Of a DNA stretch of 64,000 bases, positions 12,436 through 23,077 are shown one piece after another; the first letter of the stretch is position 1; each line of letters begins with the position of its first letter. The stretch is from an uncultured Methanosarcinaceae archaeon (lineage in GTDB: Archaea; Halobacteriota; Methanosarcinia; Methanosarcinales; Methanosarcinaceae): the NCBI GenBank assembly GCA_963733675.1, contig CAVTET010000003.1:128001-192000 (forward strand), read 5' to 3'. Both the position numbers and the translations under genes were made by a program. Under the pieces are notes generated by a model. The model saw only the letters and a program-made list of their open reading frames with translations. It did not search any database and had not been told where the DNA came from.

Positions 12436-13250
12436 GAGGCTATCCGAAAAATCCTGCTAATCTGAATGTTATCAATGCACACGCTAAATATAGGATAGCA
12501 AGGTAATTTTCAATTTTCTTTTCCCATTATAAGGAGTCTTCTGAATCTATTCAGCCAAGAATGTGTCCTTTCTACAACCCATCTTCTTGCCCTAAAACCA
12601 GATATGTCTCTTCTTATGTTTTCTTCTCCACAACTTTTGATATGCGCAGTATAACCATCTTCTTCAACCAATTTTCTGATATCGGTGAAATCATAACCCT
12701 TATCCATGCATATATTCTGAATTATGTCTTCTGGAGAAGGTCTTTCAAAGAATATGGCGTATAAAGTCCTTTTCACAAGCTTTTTATCGTGACGATTAGC
12801 TCCATCAACGACAACAGAAAGTGGTATGCCTTTATCATCAGTTAAAACAATCTTTTTTGTACCTTTTTTGCCACGATCAGTAGAATTGGTTCCTGTTCCA
12901 GCTCCACCTAATTCGAAATCATACTCAACAAGACCAGCCAGCCACATGCTCTCAAATAAGCCTCATAGTCGCCATTCCTGAAATCTATCCTGTACAGTGC
13001 TCGAAGCTCCATAAAATCGTGGCAATTCTTTCCATTGGCAACCAGTAAAAAGGAGATAGAAAATGCCACTCATTATTTCCCTACCACTCTTTCTGGGTCT
13101 TCCAGACTTCTTTTTTGGCTTAGGTACAGGTAGTAAAGGTTCTATTTTTTTCCAATAATCTTCAGAAATTTCGTAGTCCTGAACAATTTTCCGTTTTGTC
13201 ATTACCACACATGATCTGAAATTGAAATATATTATTTTTCGGATAGGCTC
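12436..13250 (-). mobile_element. IS5-family element (IS1031/IS427-like), defective copy 1
   Basis: TIRs GAGGCTATCCGAAAA / TTTTCGGATAGGCTC, flanking TAA duplication, motifs TGCQWK.LP and RRWVVERTHSWLNRFRRL. Has an internal stop and a deletion relative to copy 2. Confidence 0.93.
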
Positions 13251-13289
13251 TAAGTATAAGATGAATACAAGAGAACAGATCTAGCTAGA

Positions 13290-13430
13290 AAGTCCTAGCA
13301 AATTGAAGAATGTAATGGAAGGATCAAACAGTTAATTGGTGAGGAAAGTTTCAGGCAAGAAAAAATTCACATAACACATCTAATATTCTTATCGAGAGCT
13401 TTTTTAAGGTTTGAGTTAAAAGAAACATAA
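13290..13430 (+). pseudogene. IS701-like transposase C-terminal remnant
   Basis: Hand translation IEE..GRIKQLIG..(QARK)..THL..RAFLRFEL resembles the IS701 C-terminus. Confidence 0.5.
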
Positions 13431-13755
13431 ATGAAATTTTTTGGTTTGAAAGGAAAACAATAATTGTATAGTGTAGCGGTGAAGGAATAGGTAACCAACC
13501 AAAATACAAATAAAATTGAGTATAATATTGGAGAAGTTGAGGGAAAAAATATAAAGAGCCTCTACTACGTGAGTTCTAAATGTATGATGTATTTAAATCC
13601 GAGAGGATTTTAATGGCACATAATGCAATGATACATTCAAACAATATTTAATGCAAATGTACCGAAAATGACTTCATCAATGATGCAAAAAAGTGAAGAA
13701 AAATTGGTATCGCATTAGAATACAGATCCGACAAATAATTAAAAAAATATGAAGA

Positions 13756-14289
13756 TTAGGTTTGAAGCTCCCCTACACAATCAAGTTTTTTAATAACTCT
13801 TGCCGGGTAGCCCAGAGCTAAACTATTTGGAGAAATATCACGGCTAACTACAGACCCTATTCCTATTATTGAATTTTCTCCGATTTCGACTCCCTGAGTA
13901 ATCATACACCCTGGATTGACAGAAACCCCGCGGCCGATTATTATTGGAGCCATACTTCTTGGATATGCCTGTCTTGTGGTTAAGCTGCCCCTTGAATGTG
14001 CAGACAATATGCACCTATCACCGATTTCAGCATAATCCCCTACTGTAATCAATTCAGGGTGTAACCTGTCAAAAACTACGTCATAACCAATGTATACGTT
14101 CTTCCCAACATTTACACCCCTCATCCTATGCAGTTTTGCTCTCCATGAAGGAACAGGAACATTTGAGGCAAGTAATTCCAAAATCCAGTTTTTGAAATAC
14201 TTTATTCCAAATAGTAGTTTATTGCTGTTGTAATGATCAGCAATTTCGTGATAGGTTACTTTATCTCTGTTAGATATTAAGGTACTCAT
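13756..14289 (-). CDS. hexapeptide-repeat (LbetaH) acyltransferase
   Basis: VNVGKNVYIG, VGDYAEIG, IGENSIIGIGSVV, GYPARVIK. Start at MSTLI is inferred. Confidence 0.9.
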   Translation of the reverse strand: MSTLISNRDKVTYHEIADHYNSNKLLFGIKYFKNWILELLASNVPVPSWRAKLHRMRGVNVGKNVYIGYDVVFDRLHPELITVGDYAEIGDRCILSAHSRGSLTTRQAYPRSMAPIIIGRGVSVNPGCMITQGVEIGENSIIGIGSVVSRDISPNSLALGYPARVIKKLDCVGELQT

Positions 14290-14414
14290 ATTAGTGACCC
14301 CATTTTTCAATTAAATTATTCGCTCTCATTACTTTTGACAAATAATTATATTTTTTATAATTAATTTTTGATTAATAGGACTGAAGAGCATTTAATTTTG
14401 AGATAAATTATTTG

Positions 14415-15548
14415 TTAGTATTTATTTCTTGTAATCAGCTTGAGAAGCAGTGATTTCTTAATTCCTACCGCATCTTTTGGGCAAAGTTCGCGACAACAAT
14501 AACACTGAATACATTTTCTTTCATTTATTTTGAGAGACCTGCCTACGTCTTCAATGGCATTTGCCGAGCAATTCAAAATGCATGTTTTGCAAAGTGTACA
14601 ACGTGAGGTGTTGATAAATGGCTTTACAGTTAACTGCCTTCGAAGGATCCTCATCAAAAAAGATGGTATCATGGCAGTAATACCACCTTCTGGTCTTTTG
14701 AACCTTACTTTTACTTCGGCCAAAGGTATTCCAACAATCTCCAGACACTCCTGCCTAAACCCCCTTGAGATTGCAGCTCTGTTTGTGGGAACTTTTAAAG
14801 GGTCAATCCCTATTAACTCAGAGGCCACAATATCCAGGGCTACACAGTCATAACTTGCCATGATTACACCTACAAAGATAGGCATACCATTCGATGGACC
14901 ATTCCCCTCCATCCCAACTACACCATCCATGACTGCAAGATGAGGCTTGACAATAGAGTAAATGTCAGTGACTACCTCTCCAAAATGGTCACGGTCTTCC
15001 AGAAAGTGAGCCTGCTTCCTATTTTTTTGAGGTAGGATACCAAAAAAATTTTTTACTGCTCCTGTATACAGCGTAAGCTCATGTGTCTTGAGCTTTGGAA
15101 GCGAAATTATTACATCTGCCTCGATTATCGCTTTTGAGATGTACAAATGTGGCAATTGTCTGGGATCTGGACTATCAACCTCAACATAACCGTATGTCTC
15201 AAAATTGATCAACTCTACCCCGAACCTGGAAGCCACATCTTCAATCCCCGTTAACTTAAATGCTTGCGAAGTGGTACTAGATCCGGAGCTTACAATTCCG
15301 GACCCATCTCCTATAAGTGGAACACCTCCCACCTCTGAAACCAGTTCACACATTGCAGATATTACTGCTGGGTGAGTTGTGGCTGCATCCTCTGGAGGCC
15401 TTATACCAAGTACATTGGGTTTGAGCAATACGCGGTCTCCGGGAGCTATAATCTTTTCAAGACCACCTATCAGACTTAGCGACTCTTTGATCGCTTCCTT
15501 TGTGTTCGAATAATCAATGCAGCGGACAATAGAAACCTTTGTATTCAT
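14415..15548 (-). CDS. DUF362-like protein with C-terminal 2x[4Fe-4S] ferredoxin domain
   Basis: VLLKPN, TTHP, ISLPKLKTH, DGVVGMEGNGP, plus CxxCxxCxxxC and CxxCxCCxxxCP motifs. Confidence 0.88.
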   Translation of the reverse strand: MNTKVSIVRCIDYSNTKEAIKESLSLIGGLEKIIAPGDRVLLKPNVLGIRPPEDAATTHPAVISAMCELVSEVGGVPLIGDGSGIVSSGSSTTSQAFKLTGIEDVASRFGVELINFETYGYVEVDSPDPRQLPHLYISKAIIEADVIISLPKLKTHELTLYTGAVKNFFGILPQKNRKQAHFLEDRDHFGEVVTDIYSIVKPHLAVMDGVVGMEGNGPSNGMPIFVGVIMASYDCVALDIVASELIGIDPLKVPTNRAAISRGFRQECLEIVGIPLAEVKVRFKRPEGGITAMIPSFLMRILRRQLTVKPFINTSRCTLCKTCILNCSANAIEDVGRSLKINERKCIQCYCCRELCPKDAVGIKKSLLLKLITRNKY

Positions 15549-15571
15549 AGATATGTCAGATAGAATTAATA

Positions 15572-15663
15572 GAGGATTTCGATAAACACCTAATATTTCT
15601 TTAGATGCTTATAAAATAGTTATAATAGACCTGTAGAAATCAGAGGTTTGAATCAAAATCCTC
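15572..15663. mobile_element. ~90-bp palindromic MITE, copy A
   Basis: TA|GAGGATTTCGATAAAC...GTTTGAATCAAAATCCTC|TA. Shares its core with copies at 40638, 55430 and 58778. Confidence 0.75.
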
Positions 15664-15753
15664 TAATGATTAGTTTTCTGCTTCAGGCAATGTAACAAAA
15701 TTTCTTATTGTTGCTATTACATCTTTGCCTCCGAGAATTTGTTGGTCTAAATT

Positions 15754-16746
15754 TCATTTGTTCAGATAGTAAATAGGAGGGCTAGCCCGTATATATTCAG
15801 TGTTGGTTTTTATTTTATTAAGGTGTCTTTGAGCCTTTTCTATCTGATCTCGGGATAATCCCGTGTTCTTTTCAATTATCTCCAAAGATAAATGCTGTTC
15901 TTGGGAATATAGCAACTGATCGATAAAGTGCATGGGCATACGCCAGTAGAACTCCTCATCAGTCGTATAATGACTCCATGTATCAGCACTTGGAGAACGT
16001 TTCATAATCTCTTCATTGACATCCAAAAATTTTCCAAGTGCATATATCTGAGTCTTATAACAATCAGCAAGTGGCTCGAGGTCTACACCTCCATCTCCAT
16101 ATTTTACGAACTGACCAAGGACAAGTTCTGTCTTGTTGGTTGTCCCACAAACAACGTAGTTCATCTTTTCAGCATACATGTACTGAATTACCATTCTAGA
16201 CCGCTGCTTGACACCCTGCAATCCGATCAGTTCCAGATAGTCACTTGCTTTCAACCTGTATTTTGCAACCGTCTTACCATCCTTTATCAATCGGATGTAA
16301 GGGACATTCAAAAGCCCCTGGTTAAGGAAATCAGGTAGTATTAGAGATGTTTTATGAATTTTTGCATCGTATTCTGGGCAGGTTCTCTTAATGATCTTTT
16401 CCTTTTTCTCATAAATGTCAAGGGACTCCAGGATTGGAGATATAGGAACATCCTCATACGACACACCCAAGCTTTCGCAGATTTCTGCGCCCAAAATTTT
16501 ACTGGAAGGAGCAGATTCTTTTTCAGGAAGGAGAAGCCCATACACGTTTTCACTCCCAAGCTCCTGTACACAAAGTGTAAGAGTAACAGCTGAATCAACT
16601 CCACCTGAAACTCCTAATAGCACTCCTTTTTTCTTAAAACTCACTACCTGACTTCTAATAAAACCTCTAATATTTGAAGCTAGATTTTCAATGTCTCTGT
16701 TTAGTTCTTCCATTATATACACATTCAATTCTTCAACTGCTTGCAT
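15754..16746 (-). CDS. nadE: NadE-like NH3-dependent amidotransferase (NAD synthetase family)
   Basis: SGGVDSA PP-loop, KQRSRM, GTTNKTE, FVKYGDGGVD, SPSADTW. Carries a central insertion relative to typical NadE. Confidence 0.85.
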   Translation of the reverse strand: MQAVEELNVYIMEELNRDIENLASNIRGFIRSQVVSFKKKGVLLGVSGGVDSAVTLTLCVQELGSENVYGLLLPEKESAPSSKILGAEICESLGVSYEDVPISPILESLDIYEKKEKIIKRTCPEYDAKIHKTSLILPDFLNQGLLNVPYIRLIKDGKTVAKYRLKASDYLELIGLQGVKQRSRMVIQYMYAEKMNYVVCGTTNKTELVLGQFVKYGDGGVDLEPLADCYKTQIYALGKFLDVNEEIMKRSPSADTWSHYTTDEEFYWRMPMHFIDQLLYSQEQHLSLEIIEKNTGLSRDQIEKAQRHLNKIKTNTEYIRASPPIYYLNK

Positions 16747-16824
16747 AATATCATCCCTTTAATAGCTATTTTATTTATATTAACAAACTATATCATAAAA
16801 AATGGATTAAATTGTAGTTAATAA

Positions 16825-17844
16825 CTAATTAAAATTATTTATTTTTGTTTTGAGCTTATTTGCAGCTTCTTCTACCAATTTTTTAGACAGAGCTTGGTTA
16901 ATTTTTTTAAATCCTTCTTCCCTAGACATTTCCCCACTTCTGACAAGTCCGGCTGTATCAAAGGCATAAGGATGGAATCCATATTTCTCCAGATGGTTGT
17001 AGCAGGCAAAGGAGTTCAATGTACAATTGGTTGAATTACTGTCTTTAATATCCGGTAGTGTCCAACCAATTTCCAACAATGTCCTCAGTACTTTATCCTC
17101 ACTATATTCCCATAGACACAATGGATGCAGAATACTGACAACATTGTCCCCCATATTCTCAATAACCTCACTTTTTATGAGGAATAATTCATCTTTATCA
17201 TCAACGCCTATTTTTTGAAGCTGCTTTTCAAATAGATTCCTGGACCATTGTATAAAGTTAAGTGATAAGTTAATTATAGGATTAGGAGATTGGCCAGCTG
17301 TGAAAGCAAATACAATAAAAGGCGCCTTTTGAATGATGGCCTGTTCTATAAGTTTCTGTTTGATGATAGTGATACAGATATTGCAGATATCACTGGCTCG
17401 GTATTTAGCGAACTTAGGAAATGCATCGTAAGATTCGGCCGCTTTTCGAAATGTATCATAAAGTATCTCCTTATCTATTGTCAGCTTAAAATAATCGCAG
17501 CCTGTAACCTTGCATATCTCTTTGGCATTTTTTATTGCATTTTCAGAAATAAATCCATTATCGAACTGAACAGCCAAAACATTCAGAAAAGGATATTCTT
17601 TTTTGAGCTTATAAAGCGTGTACGAAGAATCCTTCCCACCGGAAAGCGCATAAATAACGCTATAATTATCCTTTCCGCTGTAATTTTTAAACAACTGCTC
17701 AATTTTACTCAGATATTCACTTTTTTCCTGTGATAAAAGAGGAGTGTATGTCTCACAAAAATGACAGAGACCAGTTTCCTTATTAATATCTATACCTGGA
17801 ATATCCGAATCCAGAACACATTTTTTACATACTAGTTTTGACAT
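16825..17844 (-). CDS. PP-loop (N-type) ATP pyrophosphatase, N-acetyl-sugar amidotransferase-like
   Basis: N-terminal CxxC..CxxC, SGGKDS PP-loop, FDNGF, CxxC, STNC, VRSGEMSREEG. Confidence 0.8.
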   Translation of the reverse strand: MSKLVCKKCVLDSDIPGIDINKETGLCHFCETYTPLLSQEKSEYLSKIEQLFKNYSGKDNYSVIYALSGGKDSSYTLYKLKKEYPFLNVLAVQFDNGFISENAIKNAKEICKVTGCDYFKLTIDKEILYDTFRKAAESYDAFPKFAKYRASDICNICITIIKQKLIEQAIIQKAPFIVFAFTAGQSPNPIINLSLNFIQWSRNLFEKQLQKIGVDDKDELFLIKSEVIENMGDNVVSILHPLCLWEYSEDKVLRTLLEIGWTLPDIKDSNSTNCTLNSFACYNHLEKYGFHPYAFDTAGLVRSGEMSREEGFKKINQALSKKLVEEAANKLKTKINNFN

Positions 17845-19303
17845 GTTTGTATTCCTCTATAATGGATCGATTGGATATTTTTCCGTTCTCACTTAATGGG
17901 AAATTATCTATGAGTAATATTTCTCTTGGACACAGGTAACCCGGCAGGCTCTTCCTGCAGAATGTAAATAAAGTATTGATTTCTGTCCCCTTCGTAGGTA
18001 TGACCATGAGGCTGATCGCAGTTCCCAGAAGTTCATGGGATACAGGCACAACAAAAACTTTAGAAACCTTGTTATTATCCTCGATATGCCTTTCAATCTC
18101 TCTTGGGTTCACACGATGATCGCCAATTTTAATGATATCGTCCTTTCGACCTAACAGTTTAATATACCCATTAGGCAATTTTTGTACCAGGTCTCCAGTA
18201 TGCAGCCAACCATCTGTGACCCTCTCCTTAGTGGAGATTTCATCATCTAGGTAACCTAACATGATATTATCCCCCCTAGCGACCAATTCACCGGTTATGT
18301 TTGGTTCTACTGATCTGTACTCAAAATCAAAGACATCCAGCTTAACCCCTGGAATTGCTTTTCCTATCGTGTCAATGAATTCATTCACGTCTTCTGCTGG
18401 AAGGTAGGCAAGCCGTGCTGTAGCTTCCGTCTGGCCATACATTGGCAAAATATCGATATTAGGAGTTAGTTCCCATATATCAGTTATAATCTTTCGATCC
18501 ATGCCGCCACCAGCTGATGCAGCAATTCTGACATTGGAGAAAGCTTTTTTGAATCTATCTGGATACTTGAGAAGTATACGATATGTGCTGGGCACCCCAT
18601 AGAATATGGATACTTCTGACTCAACCAGATTGAAAACCGAATCCAAAAAATTCATGCTTCCAATTCTGATTGATCCACCAGCCATAATGTGGGAATCTAT
18701 TATGGAATTTCCAAAAGCATGATGCATGGATATAACAAGTGCTGCTTTATCTTTTGGAGTTATGCCAAGCGCTTCTATTATTGATTTTGCATTTGCCACC
18801 AGGTTTTTGTCACTCAACATGACGCCTTTTGGAGTACCTGTTGTGCCTGAGGTGTAAAGAACCAGTCGAAGTTTCGGTTTATTTGTTTCTGAGTCTACCT
18901 TCCTACGTAAGATATTTAAAAAATTATTATTGTCAATAATGATAACGGTTCCAAAGCGTTCAAAAAAATTCTCTCCGAATCTAAAATACTGTGTATATGT
19001 TGCAATTATATTATTGACATTGTCAGCATCAAGGATCAATTCAAGACTGAATTTTGGAAATTCGATCGGCAGAGGGATTGCGATGTTGGCTGACCTGTAT
19101 ACAGCCATAAGTATTTTTATATATTGTATGCCAGACTCTGCCAGTATTGCAAATCTACAATGTTCAAAATCCATCAGAGACGATGTGAAAATATTTATAT
19201 CCTCATCAAGACAACCATAGGAAACTGAATTTTTGCCTTCTTCAAGAACAATATTTTGAGGGGTTATTTTGGCGTATTCTGTGATATACGCATCAATTCG
19301 CAT
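17825..19303 (-). CDS. class I adenylate-forming enzyme (AMP-binding ligase)
   Basis: YTSGTTGTPKG, YGQTE, WLHTGD, GRKDD, NGKI. Its stop overlaps the next gene by 20 nt. Confidence 0.93.
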   Translation of the reverse strand: MRIDAYITEYAKITPQNIVLEEGKNSVSYGCLDEDINIFTSSLMDFEHCRFAILAESGIQYIKILMAVYRSANIAIPLPIEFPKFSLELILDADNVNNIIATYTQYFRFGENFFERFGTVIIIDNNNFLNILRRKVDSETNKPKLRLVLYTSGTTGTPKGVMLSDKNLVANAKSIIEALGITPKDKAALVISMHHAFGNSIIDSHIMAGGSIRIGSMNFLDSVFNLVESEVSIFYGVPSTYRILLKYPDRFKKAFSNVRIAASAGGGMDRKIITDIWELTPNIDILPMYGQTEATARLAYLPAEDVNEFIDTIGKAIPGVKLDVFDFEYRSVEPNITGELVARGDNIMLGYLDDEISTKERVTDGWLHTGDLVQKLPNGYIKLLGRKDDIIKIGDHRVNPREIERHIEDNNKVSKVFVVPVSHELLGTAISLMVIPTKGTEINTLFTFCRKSLPGYLCPREILLIDNFPLSENGKISNRSIIEEYKHVKTSM

Positions 19304-19307
19304 TTTT

Positions 19308-19553
19308 TCACTTCGCCAGCTTGGATATCATATTAGTAATTCCCTGCAATGAATCGAAGTTTTCCGGCGTGAGCATGTTTTCAGGAATTTCAATCGAATA
19401 CTTCTCACTGATGTAATCCACGAGTTCAAGCAGGCCAATTGAATCTATAATTCCACTCTGGGTAAGTGAATCATTATCTCCAAATTTGGTGTCTTGGTCC
19501 ATAAAAGAGTTAACCTTCAAATAATCAATTATACAATTCTTTATCTGTTCCAT
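19308..19553 (-). CDS. acyl carrier protein
   Basis: Small acidic protein (81 aa) with GIIDSIGLLEL phosphopantetheine-type motif and ENFDS. AGGGG precedes the ATG at 19553. Confidence 0.9.
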   Translation of the reverse strand: MEQIKNCIIDYLKVNSFMDQDTKFGDNDSLTQSGIIDSIGLLELVDYISEKYSIEIPENMLTPENFDSLQGITNMISKLAK

Positions 19554-20449
19554 ATATTGTGTCCCCTTTTCTTTCATAAGCTGTTCATCGATTGTGAATA
19601 ACACACCTCTGTCCTTGTACTGAAAGCCCCATTGTTACTATGTAATACAACTATATAAATAATTTGAATCATTTCATTATAATCAAGAAGTGGTATGCAG
19701 AAAAGTAATGATATGAGAAACACTACTAAAGCGGTTACATAATTTAATTATAATAAAATATATTTAGTTTGTATATACATGATTGCCATATAATGTAGCT
19801 AAATATTCTCAGATTAGAGATATTTGTGTTTTGAAAGAATAAGTTAATATAATAAATTAAAGAGAATTTCGATTAGCCTTCGGTTTTAACTAGTTATATT
19901 ATACCATTTATGACATATGAGAAACTAGTGGTTTATTGAGATTCTCTATAATTACGTTTCCAACTATAATTGATTTGTAAATATGTAATTAATTTGTAAG
20001 TTGACTATGATTGCAATACTTAAAACACGATCCAAATGATGGTCGAACTCTTCAGAAAATACTGAAATATTCCTCAGATAAACTGAAACCTTGAGACATG
20101 ATTCAATGAATACCAGAGTTTCAGATACAAGTTTGAAATCTTTGAGGAATTCATCCAATGATACGAAGAAGGTTCCAAATTACCTTGAAACTTGAAGACC
20201 CAAGGTCACCAGAAAATACCTTTTAGAACCTGTTGTCAGCAGAATCAATACTTAGAATTAGATTTAGTTTTTTGAAATTGTGAGAGTAGGGAGAAATTAT
20301 AAAAAATTTGAGGCGAAATAATTCCAGAATAAATATAGGAAAAATTTACTTGGTAAAACAATAAAAATAAGATGTCTCCAAAAAAAAGTATGAATAACGG
20401 TTTGGCGAGAAGCAAAACCGACAACAAATAACTAAAGAGATTTATAGTG

Positions 20450-20908
20450 TTACCTTGTAATCATCATCTCTGCAGTTTCAGGTTTATAAAACCAGTCTCT
20501 CGGTAATACCTTTTCCTGCTGGTAATATTTAACAAGCCTTCTTATCTTTGATTCGGTCAAGTTGAGGGAACGTTTGTTGTGGACGTCTTTCTTGTTGACA
20601 GAAATATGCTTCCTCAGCTTGAGTGCTTTTACGATCAAGTTGGTAAGGTCTTCCGGGATATTCGAAGAAACGTTGTTTTCCCTAAGAATGGTTGTTATCT
20701 TCTTGCTTGTGATAAGCTTGGCATCAGGGACCCCGTGACGATCTCTTAAAATCATCCCTATTTCGGATGTAGAGATACCCTGTTTCCATAGATCAAGTAT
20801 TATTGAAATAACTTCATCTGAACTAATCTTGGACCAGTCAGGCGGTTCTGTTCGTTTGGGCTTGGTAGAAGAGGATTTACCTTTTCTTTTGGTATGCATT
20901 TTTGCCAT
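20450..20908 (-). CDS. rps15: 30S ribosomal protein S15 (uS15)
   Basis: [30 protein letters not shown]. Confidence 0.97.
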   Translation of the reverse strand: MAKMHTKRKGKSSSTKPKRTEPPDWSKISSDEVISIILDLWKQGISTSEIGMILRDRHGVPDAKLITSKKITTILRENNVSSNIPEDLTNLIVKALKLRKHISVNKKDVHNKRSLNLTESKIRRLVKYYQQEKVLPRDWFYKPETAEMMITR

Positions 20909-21744
20909 AATAGTTCTCCTGATATCAATTGATCGATGCCCAGAAAGGAAATATTCTGGGCTGAAGTTATATCTTTACCGACTATAACGGACCAACAAAT
21001 CGATCGGGAGATTTAAATCCGCCACAAAAAAAATTGTTGCGTGGCTTTTCAGGAATTCCTGCAAAAGCGTAGGTTCTTCGGTAAAAACATCACTAGAAAA
21101 CGCACCATATGATATATACTTTGTGTTGAAATAAAAAATATTTAGTCTTGTTTGAGATTGGAAAGATAAGGGGCAGGCACATATCTCCAACTTCACAAAG
21201 AAGAATCACACAGACTCTAAAATATTCATGCTTTTCCTCATTTTACTACCCTTAAATAAGATAGATAAGTGAATCCCAAGGAACCTTTGTCTTCTAAGGG
21301 ATCTTCAGTTTCAAGAAGTGATGAAACAATTTAGTTAACCTCACATAAAAAATAAGTTTTGAGTTATGTCCTGATTTCGTGATAGATATGGCCTGTAAGT
21401 AAATTTTGAAGTAAAGAAAGGTAAAATGTATGTGCATTTTTAGGGTAAACTCTGGAGTTTAGTAGGAACTTGGCTTCCTTGAAGCCAAAAAAGATAAAAT
21501 CAAGGTATATGGATGAAGTTTTTTCGTGTGAACTATTGAGGAAAAATTTGAAAAAAAATAAGTAATATTTATTATGACTACATTAAATCGGAACTAATGT
21601 TATACAGCTGAACTAAAAATCAGTGCTATTAAAATTTTCAACTATCTAGAGTATAAATATTTATGAAAAACTTGCTTGTGCTTGAATCTTATCCTCAAAT
21701 GATTAAGCTCTGAAGAAAAAAAATTATGACATGATAAAATACCA

Positions 21745-21872
21745 AAAACGATAGGTAAAATAAAATCATCATCAATAGTTAACAGTTAAATAAAGTAACC
21801 CCACCAAAGTTTGCTTATTGAATCTCAACAAAGGTGACTAAAACTATTGTTTTTCCCAGGCTGAAAAGTTAC
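21745..21872. mobile_element. partial IS66-like MITE
   Basis: Homologous to the right half of 61243-61435. Ends GGCTGAAAAGTTAC (GTAAC-type terminus). Confidence 0.6.
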
Positions 21873-21949
21873 ACATACACAATATGTATATATTTAGTCT
21901 TCTACAAAATGAGCACATGTGGTTTGAGAAATAACAGAGGTTATTATAT

Positions 21950-23059
21950 ATGTACAGTAATGAAAAGATTATTTCCGGAACAATCATTGCAGGTCCCGAA
22001 CTGGAAATTGTTGAGGGTTACATCTGCGTAAATAACGGAATAATTACAGAAATTGGAGAAGAACACACGTGTTCTTCCAATATAATAGCTCCCTGTTTTG
22101 TCAATGCCCACACTCACCTTGGAGATTCAGTACTTAAAGATCCTCCTTTAGGAAAAATCCATGGCTTTCGGATTCAAAAGGATCTCGATTCTCTCGTAAA
22201 ATATCCAGACGGAATAAAGCATGAAATTCTCAGAGAAACCCCGTATAAAATCCTTATAGAAAGTATGAGAAAGTCTCTATTTGATATGATAGAAACAGGT
22301 ACTTATGCCTTCGCAGATTTTAGAGAAGGGGGGATTTTAGGAGTTGAAGCCCTAAATAAAGCTATGGAAGGGCTTGAAATTAATTCCATGATATTGGGTA
22401 GACCTAAAAATTCTGAATTACCCCTCATAGTGATACTTGACGAAGTAAAAAGAGTTCTTCTACATTCCAACGGGATTGGAATGAGCGGAGCAAATGATCT
22501 TGATCTTGTAATATTGGAAGAGATCGCAACCTACACACGAGATCTGAAAAAGTTCTTTGCGATTCATGCAGGAGAAAAGAATCGAAGCGATATAGAAAAA
22601 GCACTGTCAATTGAGCCTGATCTCCTAATTCATCTAACTACTGCCACAAAAAAAGATATTGAATATGTGGCTGATGCGAAAATTCCGGTCGTAGTATGTC
22701 CTAGATCAAATTTTGTCACAGGAGCTGGCGTAGCACCTATTGTAGAAATGCTGGAGGCTGGACTAATGGTAGCTGCAGGAACAGATAATGTAATGCTAAA
22801 TTCAGTAAATATGTTTGCTGAAATGGAATTTATGTCCAAGGTTTTTTCAATTGATGATAGACAAGTATTTAAAATTTGCACACTTAATGGTTCTTTTATA
22901 ACAGAGCAGGATTCCACAGGTTCGATAGAAAAGGGAAATAAAGCTAATTTAATGATCCTTAATGGAAGTTCCAATAATCTAACAGGGGTAAAAAACCCTA
23001 TAAGTGGAATTGTAAGACGGGCAAGACCCGATGATATATTATCGGTACTTCATTCATAA
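21950..23059 (+). CDS. amidohydrolase family metalloenzyme
   Basis: NAHTH, IHAGE, CPRSN, GTDN motifs. Confidence 0.92.
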   Translation: MYSNEKIISGTIIAGPELEIVEGYICVNNGIITEIGEEHTCSSNIIAPCFVNAHTHLGDSVLKDPPLGKIHGFRIQKDLDSLVKYPDGIKHEILRETPYKILIESMRKSLFDMIETGTYAFADFREGGILGVEALNKAMEGLEINSMILGRPKNSELPLIVILDEVKRVLLHSNGIGMSGANDLDLVILEEIATYTRDLKKFFAIHAGEKNRSDIEKALSIEPDLLIHLTTATKKDIEYVADAKIPVVVCPRSNFVTGAGVAPIVEMLEAGLMVAAGTDNVMLNSVNMFAEMEFMSKVFSIDDRQVFKICTLNGSFITEQDSTGSIEKGNKANLMILNGSSNNLTGVKNPISGIVRRARPDDILSVLHS

Positions 23060-23077
23060 GCAAATGGAGAACAAGAC

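Larger units (their letters stand above)
12310..13706. repeat. ~82-bp inverted repeat pair (12310-12392 / 13625-13706)
   Basis: The arms are reverse complements with one substitution and one 1-bp indel. Confidence 0.92.
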
